Source: Azolla caroliniana
Taxonomy: Eukaryota; Plantae; Polypodiophyta
Length of the DNA stretch: 64,000 nucleotides
Assembly: GCA_043228905.1 (NCBI GenBank)
Contig: JBHGNT010000010.1
Location: forward strand, 19,530,001-19,594,000
Direction: 5' to 3'
Shown here piece after piece: positions 49,830 through 61,147 of this stretch; within the stretch, counting starts at the first letter, position 1, and the number at the start of each line of letters is the position of its first letter. A program made the position numbers and the translations under genes. A model generated the notes under the pieces. It was not told the origin of the DNA and made no database searches. It was given only the letters and a program-made list of their open reading frames with translations.

Positions 49830-51335
49830 CGCTCCAATCGGGCCCTTTCGTCGGATCTTGTTCACTTGCCGCCACCATCCATCTCTCTCAGTCTCACATC
49901 GGCTCTCGGGCCGGACTGCCGGAGTCTCTTGATCGGTGTGAGGATCGTCGTTCTGCCCCACACTCCGTCCTCCACTTTCGTCACTTGTATTGGTCGTGAC
50001 CTCCGCATCCTCACCGCCACTTTCCGTCTCTTAGGTCTTCCGTTGGTTCTCAAACACAACCGCCTACCGAACTTTGCATCAGCTTCGATCTTCACTTCCG
50101 AGGAGACGACTTGGTCTCAGTCCTCCGACTCCTTCATATCCGTATGGGGCATGGGTCCCCGTTCTTCCCGACCGCCTGTTGGATATCGCACCTTGTCCAT
50201 ACCTGTTTCGACCCAACCGCTTCCTCGATCCGTCACAGCCGCACGTCGAACTCCTTCTGGCTCCCTGTCATCGTCCATCCCCTTAGTGCTTGCAACTCGT
50301 CCCTTACACGGCCATATTGCACACTTCTCATTCCGCTCTTCATTGTGTACTTCTTCGGGTCAACACACATTTTCTCTGACTACCGCATCGGTCCCCTCTG
50401 GTTTCGTATCCTCCGCATTCTTCGGTAACGTTGCACCACTCCGAGGAACACCTTCTTCGCCCGATTGGCCCACTTGGCCTCCGTTGTTCTCTGCATTTCG
50501 GCCCGGTTTCGGCCGAACGATCCATGCCCGGATCGTGCTCCATCCGAATCGGAATGCAGACCGGACCGGCTCCCAATCGGGTCGACTTCTGAATCCACTC
50601 CTTTCATCGCCGCCTCTCATTTCTATATTTCGCTCCACCACGGCTTCGTCCTTGGCCTCCTCACAGGACATCTCCAATCCATCTTCGTTAGCATCGTGCT
50701 AGGACTCCTCGATGTCACTTTCCATTTCTCCGGTCTCACGTCGGCACACGGGCTCAACTGTCGAAGTCTCCGGAATCGGTCTGGTGGGGTCTTTCTCCGC
50801 ATCCATCTTTGTCTAGGCTTAAAGGCCCTTGTTGCATCCACCTCTGGATGGTCCGACTCGTCGCTTGCTCGGATCGGTCTCAGCCGATTTCATCTTCCGC
50901 ACCCGCCGCGGTTTCGTCTCTAGCCACCTCACAGGCCTCGTCCTCAATTTCGTGCACTTTGGCCTTGGGCCATGTCCTCTTGCCACCACCTTTCTTCTCT
51001 CTGGTCTTACATTGCCACATTGGCCAAACTAGTGAAGACTCTGGATACGATGTGGAGGAACCACTCCGTCCGCACTTCTCCGCATTGTCGAATCCCGTTC
51101 TCCCTCCACCACCATCCTTCTATTCGGTCTCACGTCGGCTCTCGATCCGAATTGTCGAGGCTCGGAGTCTCCGAGTTAAGTATGAGGAGACCCATAGGAC
51201 CGTCCTTCGTTTCCCCGCCGCCTTTTGTACTTCTCTCGTACTGAGTCACCTCGCTGCCACCGTCCATCTCTCCGGTCTCACGTTGCCACGTTGGCCGAAC
51301 TGCCGAAGTCTCCTGAAACGGTGTGGAGGGATCTC
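49830..51335 (-). other. GC-rich scrambled sequence with four diverged 60-80 bp units, probably decayed Copia-derived
   Basis: Units (CCATCT..GTCTCAC..CCGAA..GTCTC) near 49868, 50714, 51105, 51252 and 63678; weak matches EEAKD, KTPP..F..KVTSRS and VGIGEV to Copia B Pol. Confidence 0.4.
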
Positions 51336-51995
51336 ACATTGCCGTGATTGCCGTCGTTCCTTTCCGGTCCGTTCCCCTCCGGTCTTTACCATTCCGGTCC
51401 GGTGTCCGCTTCGAATCGGTACCATCAGTTTCCTTGTCTTTCTAGAAATGCCGACAGTTCTTCTGGAAGTGTCCCGGTTTGCCACAATAGAAGCAAGTAG
51501 GCCTCCCCCTTGACTTTGACCGTGTTCCTGACTTTTCCCGGTTCTGGGGACTACGGTTTCTTTGTCTTCTGCGGAGTCGGAGCTCGTATCCTTATCTTTC
51601 CGACATGCCTCCTCATCTAGCAAGCTCGACTTCACTCTTGCTAGGGATAACCGTTTCCCTTCCAGCCCGGCGTTGCCCAAAGTAACAACCAACGTCTCCC
51701 AGCTATCCGGGAGGGAACCGTGCAGGAGTAGCGCTAGTACCTCATTGGCGAGAGGTACTTCCAATGATGTTGCCTGGTGTATCAGCCCCTAGAAGGCATT
51801 CATGTGCTCCGCCAAGCTGGAGCCATCTTGGTACTGGAGTCTTACTAGCTTCCGGAATACCGAAACCTGGTTAACAACATTTTTGTTCTGAAACATAATG
51901 TTGATCTTCTCCCAGAGCTCATGAGCCTTGCTCTCTTCATTGAAGTTGTTGTATAGGCTCATGTCAATGAAGCACCGTATGTACGACGTTGTCTT

Positions 51996-54900
51996 TGTTG
52001 AGAAGCAAGCTCAACATGACATGTGATGCTTATTAGGAAATAAGCTATAGTAGCTATTTAGCTACTTGTGAACATAAAGGAGAAAAAGCTAATTAGCGAC
52101 TGACAGCTAATTAGCTACTGACAGCTATTTAGCGACTGACAGCTAATTAGCTACACGCAGCTAATTAGCTGCATACGTAAGTAACTTATTACTTAGGTAA
52201 AAAGTAAGAGAGTAGGTAAGTAAGAAATATACAAGAAGTAGAACTCTGAGAGAGAGAGTGAGGATAGAGAGAAAGAACTCAGAGAGTGAGAGCAAAAGAG
52301 AGAAACAGACGAGAGCAAGTAGAGCTCCGTGTGTAATGAAATAGAAGAAGTTTTTGGCTGCTACAGAGGTAAGTCTCCTTCCCCCTTCCCTTCTGTGTTT
52401 GAGCACCAAACGATCTAGCACACCACGATCCGCCGCGCACATAAGAAGAGCCCGAGTGGCTTCTTCACGTTTTCTTAACATGGTATCAGAGCAAGTTGCT
52501 CATAAAGAAGAGTACAGAAGTGCATAGATCTGAGAAAGGTATTTCTCTATTTGCTGATCTGAATCAGAAAGTTACTTGTTGAAGTAATCGTAGCAGAAAC
52601 CCTAGTTTGGAAGAGATAATGGCTGCAGAGAATTCGGGCCAAATAGTTACAGAGAAACTAGATAAAAACAATTTCCCGGCGTGGAAATTTAGAATGAAAA
52701 ATTTCCTGATGGGGAAAGGATACTGGGATTACATTGAAGGAGACCTAGAAGAGGCTCCGGAGATCCCAGAAGAAAATGCCACATCAACACAGATTAAAGC
52801 ATTCAAAGATTGGAATCAAGGGGCAAGGAAGGTAATGCATTGGCTCTCACTTAGCATCTCAGATTCGATGCTTGGGCACATACAAGATGCTATGCTCCCA
52901 AAAGAAGCTTGGGACAGTTTGGTAAAATTGTTTGTAGTAAACACAAAAGCTAGAAAGCTACAGTTGAAGACTGAGCTAAATACCTTAGAAAAAGGTAAGA
53001 TGTCAATAAATGAGTATGCCTTGAAAATAAAGAGCATATGTGAATCACTTGCTTCTATCAATGTAAAGATAGAAGATGATGATAAGGTAGAAATATGCTT
53101 GAGAGGCTTGGGACCTCAATACAAAAGCTTTAAAACCTCCATGCTTACAAGGGATAATATCCCAAGTTTTCCAGATTTGGTTTCAATGCTTGTAGTAGAA
53201 GAAAGGAATCATATGGATGATGTAAATAAAGGAAATCTTGAGAATGAGGGGCAAGCCCTATATAATAGTGCCGGAAGAGGCCGTGGAAGAGGCCATGGAA
53301 GATTTGGCTCAGCAAGAACCAACAATAATGGTTATCAAGGAAGAGGACAACAAACCATTAGAGGAAGAAACAACAACAGAGGCAGGGGGAGCAACCAAGG
53401 TAGAGGTAAGCAAACATATGTAAATGATGATGGTTGTTGGTATTGTGGAAAACCAGGCCACACACAGGTTGAATGTTACAAGAAGCAAAATGATGAGAAA
53501 AGAGGAAAGAGATAGCAGAATAACTATGCCCAAACTAGTGAAGATTGTGAAAAAGATGGTGCATTTGTGGTACAACATGAGATAGCAGCAGTGGCTGAAA
53601 GCTCATAGAAATGTAATGAAGAGTTTACATGGTATGTAGACTCGGGGGCATCTAACCATATGACTAGACATGCAAACTGGTTTGAAAGGTTGAGAGAACC
53701 AGAGATTCCTGGCTATGTACAGACGGGTAATAATAGTACTCACCAAATAGAACATGTTGGAGATATCCCATTGTGGGAAGAAAAAGGAAAGACTAAGTAT
53801 ATGTTGAATGTAATGCATGTTCCAAATCTTGCTAAGAATCTGATTTCTGTTGGACAGATAGTAGAGCAAGGTATGCAAGTAAAGTTTAAGCAAAGTGGAT
53901 GCTATATAGAAAAGAATGGGAAGCTCAGTGCAAAAGGAAAACGACAAGGAAGAATGTTTATTTTGGATGTTGACATGCCTAGACAGATTTCAGCTATGTT
54001 TGCAAATGGAATGAGTGTAGTCTCAGATGTGGAAATGTGGCATAAAAGGATTGGCCACATAAGTATGCAAACCCTAAAGAATATGTTGAGAAAAGATGCA
54101 GTGGTTGGACTGCCAAAACTGAAAAATTGTGAAATGGAAAAGATATGTGAAGCATGTCAATATGGAAAGCAAAATAGGTTGCCATTCCCTCATGAAAGAC
54201 ATGTAAGTAAAAATTTGTTGGATTTGGTACATACGGATGTATGGGGACCAACTAAGAATGCATCTATGTAACTTTTATTGATGATTGCTCAAGGAAAACA
54301 TGGGTGTACTTCATGAAAGAGAAAAGTGAAGTGTTTGAATGTTTTCGTAAGTTTAAATGCATGGTAGAAAAGCAGGCAGGTACAAGAATAAAATGTTTAA
54401 GATCTGACGGAGGAGGAGAGTATTTCTCCAATGAATTTTCTGATTTTCTATGCAATCAGGGAATAAGAAGACAGTTCACATGTAGATATACTCCACAGCA
54501 AAATGGAGTTGCTGAGAGGAAAAACAGAACATTGGTGAACATTGCAAGGGCTTTGATGACAGAGAAGAATATGCCATTGTACTATTGGGCAGAAGCTGTA
54601 AATACAGCAAATTATATTCTAAATAGATGTATAACATCGGGAGTACATGAAGCAACTCCTGAAGAGTGTTTCTATTGAAGGAAACCTAGTTTAGAACACT
54701 TAAAAGTGTTTGGATGCCTTGCATATGTACATGTGCCTGCAGAAGTAAGAAGTAAGCTGGATCCAAAAGCAGAAAAATGTATTTTTGTTGGCTATTCAGA
54801 AGAACAAAAAGGGTATAGATGTTATAACCCTGTAACAAAGAAGATTGTGACAAGTAGGGATGTAATCTTTGATGAGTTAGCCAGCTGGTACAATCCAAAA

Positions 54901-57418
54901 CAGAATCCAAAGACTGATGAAGATAATGAGATTGAAGACAGAGACAAATCTGAAAATGTAGAAGACTGCCACAGAGATGGAAGCAAGGTTGGACAACAAA
55001 GTCCAACATCAACAGAATGTTCTGGACCATCAAAAAGCCCAGATGGTAAATCTGATTCGAATTCTTGGAGTGGAAAAAGTGGAGGACACAAAAAATGTGA
55101 TGATAAAAAAGGAAAACAGAAAATGCCAGAGTATGAAATGTTGGATGACTTGCCTAAAAACATGGAAGATGAGGATTCAGATATGTCATTGGATGACCTT
55201 CTTGGTATAAGAGGATTGAAAATCCCTGGTATGGAAAAAGCATTGAAGGATGCAAATCAGAAACTGAGAAGATCAGATAGAGAGAAAAAAATTGTTGAAA
55301 GATTTGGTTATGATACATATATGGCTATGCATTATGCATATATGTCTAAGGTGGTACAGATCCCTGATCCAAGTAGTTTTGATGAGGCTAAAACTGAGAA
55401 GAAATGGGTGGATGCAATGCAAGAAGAGATTGATGCATTGGCTGAAAACAGAACTTGGGATTTGGTGAAGTTACCAAAAGAAAAAAATGTGGTAGGTTGC
55501 AAATGGGTCTACAAGACAAAGCATGATTCCAGTGGGAATGTAAGTAGACATAAAGCAAGATTGGTTGCAAAGGGATATGCCCAAATGCAAGGAATTGATT
55601 ATGATGAGACATTTGCACCGGTTGCAAAGATGGCAACATTGAGGACATTACTGGCTGTAGGTGCAGCCAGAAGATGGTTTCTTCATCACATGGATGTAAA
55701 AAATGCCTTCTTACATGGTAACTTGGAAGAAGAAGTGTATATGTGTCAACCACCAGGTTTTGAAGATAGGAAGCATCTAGATTATGTATGTAAGTTGAAA
55801 AAGGCTCTCTATGGACTGAAACAGGCACCAAGAACATGGCATAGAGAACTTTCAGATTATCTGAAAAAACTTGACTTCAAAATGTCAAAGGCTGATTCAT
55901 CATTGTATGTTAAAAGGAAAGATGATTGTATTGTTGTGATTCTGATTTATGTTGATGATCTCATCATTGGAGGTGATTTCATGGATGAAATAAGTAAGCT
56001 GAAAAGAAATTTGGAAATGAAATTTCATATGAAAGATTTGGGAGATCTGAGATATTTTTTGGGTATTGAAAGACAATATGCAACAACTATGTTGAAAAAG
56101 TATGGTATGCTCGGATGCAAACCTATTGGAGTGCCACTAGATAAAAACTGCAAATTGAGGGCTGATTTGGGAGCCAAAATAGAATATGTAAACATGTACA
56201 AGTCTATGGTGGGAAGCCTTATTTATTTGACCATAACAAGACCTAATTTGAGTTATGCAGTTGGATTAGTCACCCAATTTATTCAACAGCCAACAAAGCC
56301 GCATTTGGACTGCATTAGAAGAATTCTGAGGTATGTAAAAGCTACTCAGAACTATGGATTGTTTTACAGGGCTGATTTGGACATAAATCTGGAAGGATAT
56401 ACAGATGTTGATTGGGCTGGAAGCCAAACAGATAGAAGATCCACAAGTGGATATATGTTTACATTGGGAAGTGCAGGTATTTCATGGAGTAGCAAGAAAC
56501 AGGCTACTATTACATTGTCTAGTACTGAAGCTGAGTACAGAGGAGCTGCCATAGCCACTTGTGAAGAGGTATGGATCAAAAGATTGCTTGCTTATTTGGG
56601 AGAGTATACAATCTGGTGTGACAACATGAGCAGCATTCAGCTTGCAAAAAACCCAGTGTTCCATGCAAGAACAAAGCACATTGAAGTGCATTATCACTTT
56701 GTTAGAGAAAAAGTGATTGAAGGAGAAGTTGATCTGGTGTATGTGAATACAAATCAACAGGTTGCTGATATTCTCACAAAGGGATTGAGTGTGGAAAAGC
56801 ATACACAGTTTCGGAACATGATGGGAGTTGTAGACATTGATATGATGGTTGAAAAGCATCATGGAAAAAAAGTGGTAGATAACCCCAAGAAAGGATAAGT
56901 TGAGCTTGAGGGGGAGTGTTGAGAAGCAAGCTCAACATGGCATGTGATGCTTATTAGGAAATAAGCTATAGTAGCTATTTAGCTACTTGTGAACATAAAG
57001 GAGAAACAACTAATTGGCGACTGACAGTTAATTAGCTACTGACAGCTATTTAGCGACTAATAGCTAATTAGCTACTGACAGCTATTTAGCGACTGACAAC
57101 TAATTACCTGCATACGTAAGTAACTTATTACTTAGGTAAAAAGTAAGAGAGTAGGTAAGTAAGAAATATACATGAAGTAGAACTTTGAGAGAGAGAGTAA
57201 GGATAGAGAGAAAGAACTCAGAGAGTGAGAGCAAAAGAGAGAAACAGATGAGAGCAAGTAGAGCTCCGCGTGTAATGAAATAGAAGAGTTTTTGGCTGCT
57301 ACATAGGTAAGTCTCCTTCCCCCTTCCCTTCTGTGTTTGAGCACCAAACGATCTAGCACACCACGATCCGCCGCGCACATAAGAAGAGCCCGAGTGGCTT
57401 CTTCATGTTTTCTTAACA
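51996..57418 (+). mobile_element. Full-length Ty1/copia element C; LTRs 51996-52480 and 56917-57418; TSD GTCTT
   Basis: PBS TGGTATCAGAGC (tRNA-iMet) 52481-52492, PPT AGCTTGAGGGGGAG, TSD GTCTT at 51991 and 57419. Confidence 0.96.
52619..56898 (+). pseudogene. pol: Copia C gag-pol polyprotein with several stops and a frameshift
   Basis: CWYCGKPGH, WYVDSGASNH, CEACQYGK, RSDGGGEY, MDVKNAFLHG, YVDD, ADILTK. Confidence 0.88.
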
Positions 57419-58124
57419 GTCTTCATGTGCATCACCTCCCATATCGTGGCGTCGATTTTGTCCGGTCTCTTGTCCCCGAACTGAACCGGCAACCAAAGAT
57501 CTTTAACCACGAGCATGTCCCTCATCTTCGACTTCCACACCGAGTAGTTGGAGCCGGTGATCTTGAACATGCCTCCCAACGAATCGTCCATTTTCTGTGT
57601 GGTTTCGCTCTTATACCACTTGACAAGGAACTACACGCTCCCCATGAACAACGCTCGGCCACAACCAAGCTTAGAATCAAACACAGAAAAACGGGAATGA
57701 AGGCTCGATACAATGGAGAGAAGAGTACAAAGGAAAGAAAAGAAAATATAGGATGTTAACGTGGAAAACCCAAACTAGAGAAAAACCACAGCAGCCCACA
57801 GACTGCAAACTATCACTATATCACAATGATTACAGCAGTGAGCTCACGGAGGCAACGACCTCGTGCTCACAATCTTCGCCACAGGCTGCGGTTACAACAG
57901 AGGCAACGACCTCTTCGTTTCTTTCTCTCTCTCTCTCTCTCTGTACACTGTTGCGCTCTAATCTTGCGTCAACAAGGATGACAACATCTCTACATACAAA
58001 GTTTGCCCTAAGTCATATTTATACTAATATGACTTTTCGGCTATTTACAAATATAGCCCCGATGGACTCTCAGAAGACATATTTACGAATATGTCCCTTC
58101 ATCCGGTGAGCGCTCCTCACCGGG

Positions 58125-58325
58125 CCTGCATCATCCGGATCTTGCCGGGCACACCACGTCCGGTTCTCACCGGGTCCTCCGTAGCGGGGTACTCGTCATC
58201 CGGCGCTTGACGGGTACACCACATCCGGTTCTCACCGGGTCTGCCGTAGCTGGGTACTCGTCATCCGGCGCTTGCCAGGTACACCACATCCGGTTCTCAC
58301 CGAGTCTTCCGTAACCGAGTACTTC
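58125..58325. repeat. 65-bp tandem repeat x3 in Copia B U3 (also about 63445-63645)
   Basis: ACACCAC..CCGGTTCTCACCG..TC..CCGTA at 58151, 58216 and 58281. Confidence 0.88.
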
Positions 58326-60629
58326 TCACTTCCCATCCGGAGGGACCTGTTTCCTAACAAACTCCCCCTTCACTCCGGCATGGGATGTCTTACTAGTCCG
58401 ATCCGCTTCCGGCATGCATCCAGCATATCTGACCCGTTCTCGTCCATGTGGATCTTCGTCAGCGCGAAGTCCTGGTCATCTACTCTTTCCCGGATCCAGT
58501 GATACCTTCGTTGGATATGCTTCATCCGGGAATGGTAGGCCGCATTCTTAGCAAAGTGGATGGCACTGTGATTGTCGCAATAGAGCCGGTATTCATCTGG
58601 CTGGATACCGAGCTCTCCGATGAAGTCCTTCATCCATAATATTTCCTTGCCGGCTTCCACAGCCGCCATGTACTCCGCCTCCGTGGTTGACAACGCAACC
58701 ATCTTCTGCAGCCTCGACTGCCACGAAACAGCTCCCCCTGCATATGTCATTACATACCCGGATATAGACCGGCTGGTACCCACATCAGCCGACATGTCCA
58801 AATCGGTAAAACCGTCAAGTTGAGGTTTTCCGGAGCCGAATCGGAGACACATATTTGAAGTTCCCTTCAAGTATCGGAGTATCCATTTGACCGCGTTCCA
58901 GTGCTCCTTGCCGGGATTGCTCATAAACCGGCTCACCACTCCGACTGCGTATCCTATATCCGGTCGGGTACACACCATTGCGTACATCAAGCTCCCGATG
59001 GCAGAGGCATATGGAACCTTCGTCATATCAGCCTTCTCTACTTTCGTCTTCGGGCTTTGCTTACCAGATAACCTGCAGTTTGCCGGAAGTGTCGATCCGA
59101 CCGGTTTCACATTTGACATGTTGAACCACTAGAGCACCTTTGTCACATATTTCTCCTGTGACAGGCACAATTGCTTCATTGGCCGGTTCCGGATGATATG
59201 CATCCCCAACATCTGTCTTGCCGGACCCTAGTCTTTCATTGAGAAGGTCCGGTTGAGAGCCTTCTTCAGCATCCATATTTTGGCTTGGTCCCGTCCGACG
59301 ATCAACATCTCGTCCACGTACTGAAGGAGTATCAGGAACTCGCCTCCTTCGAACTTCTTCACAAACATGCAGTGATCGGCCTGCGTCTTGTGGTACCCTT
59401 GATCGGTCATGAAGGAGTCGAACTTCCGGTACCATTGTCGGGGAGCCTGCTTCAGTTCGTACAGGCTCTTCTTCAACCAGCATACCAAGTCGCTCCTTCC
59501 CTTTCTCCACGAATCCTTCCGGTTGCTGCATGTAGATCTCCTCTTCGAGGTCGTCGTGAAGGAATGTCGTCTTCACATCCAGCTGCTCTACCTCGAGGTC
59601 CATGCTTGCCGCTATACTCAGCACCGTCCGGATGGAGGTCATCTTTACTACCGGGGCAAATATCTCGTCGAAGTCCACGCCCTTCTTCTGCTGGAACCCC
59701 TTCACCATGATCCTGGCTTTGTATCTCGGGGGGTTGCCGGCATCTCCTGGTTTCAACTTGTACACCCACTTGTTTCGAAGTGCCCGCTTTCCTTTCGGCA
59801 ACTCCACCAATTTGTACGTATGGTTCTCATGCAAGGAATCCATCTCATCCTCCATGGCACTTAACCATTTGCGGCTGTGGGTGTCATCCTTCGCTTCTTC
59901 GAAGCTTTCTGGCTCCCCCTCATCGGTTAGCAGCACATGCTCTGCATCCGGAAATCTCCGGGGGGGCCTTCTCTCTTTGAGAGGATATCTCTGTCTCTAG
60001 GCTTCAGTAACCGGCTCCTCCATTTGCTCTTCATCCGAATCCGATTTGGGGTCTTGGCCAGTTCCGGTTTCAGCTTCCTCTACTTCTTCTTCTGCCGGTT
60101 CGGTATCCTCACCGTAACCGACTGGTTCCTCAAGTGCTAACCGGTCTCTTGCCGGTTGGGTCTGATCATCGTAGAATCGATCCTTACCAGTCAACTCGGA
60201 GTTCATTATCTTCTTCTCCGACTCCCAGTCGGCGAGCGTCTTGTCCTCCATGAAGATAATATCTCGACTCCGGAATACCTTCTTGTCGACCAGGTCCCAC
60301 ACTCGGTAGCCGAACTCATCATCATCGTAACCGAGGAATATGCATGGTCGGGTCTTTGGATCTAACTTTCCTCTTCGGTCCTTACCTACATGCATGTACG
60401 CGAGACACCCGAATACCTTCAGGTGCCGGTAGGACACTTCCTTACCGGTCCATACTCTCTGCGGCGTGTCTCCGTCCAAGGGTATTGAGGGTGATTTGTT
60501 TATCACATATGTCGTCGTCGACAGTGCAGCCCAAAACTTCTTGGGTAGTTTTGCATGTGCCAGCATACTCCGGACCCTCTCCATTATGGTCCGGTTCATC
60601 CTCTCGGCCAGCCCGTTTAGTTCCGGCGT

Positions 60630-61147
60630 TGTCGCGTTGTTACGCGCTTGCGTGTAGAAGGGGCGGGACCACGGGGGTCTTGGACTAGGGAGTGGAGGAG
60701 AAAGAATAAGACACAAAATGGAAGCTTAGCTCAAGAGGAGGTGAGAAAGAATAAGACAATAACGTAGAATAGATGGGCAAGATGCTCAACAAGTTAGCTT
60801 AAGGGAAAACAAACACTTTACAATGGTGGCCGCCATGGCCGCACCAAACGACTATATCAAAACCCTAAAGGAAAACCCAAGAAGAAAACCCTAATCGAAA
60901 CCCTAAAACCGAATAGGAAACCCTCGACCTAAGTGGTATGCCTCTCTCCCTCAAAATAGGCAACCCCCTCATAAGTGACCCCTCCCTTCCTTTTATAGCC
61001 CAAGGAGGGAGGGACCTTACAATGTGGGATAAAATTTCCCCTCTTCTTTCTACACACCATTTCCTAGTATACACGTGCACATGTTGCACACCACCGATTT
61101 TCCTATTCCACCCCGGTTTTCGCCTATGGACGAAAATCTTCACGACA
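60630..61147 (-). mobile_element. Gypsy solo LTR (G1-related) inserted in the Copia B integrase; 4-bp TSD GCGT
   Basis: TGTCGCG...CACGACA termini, GCGT at 60626 and 61148; integrase FTVPKT|PELNGLAERMN rejoins across it. Confidence 0.92.

Noticed and set aside
58125-58325. Regularly spaced repeats suggesting a CRISPR array
   Set aside because: Whole 65-bp units repeat with no unique spacers, they lie within a Copia LTR, and the context is eukaryotic
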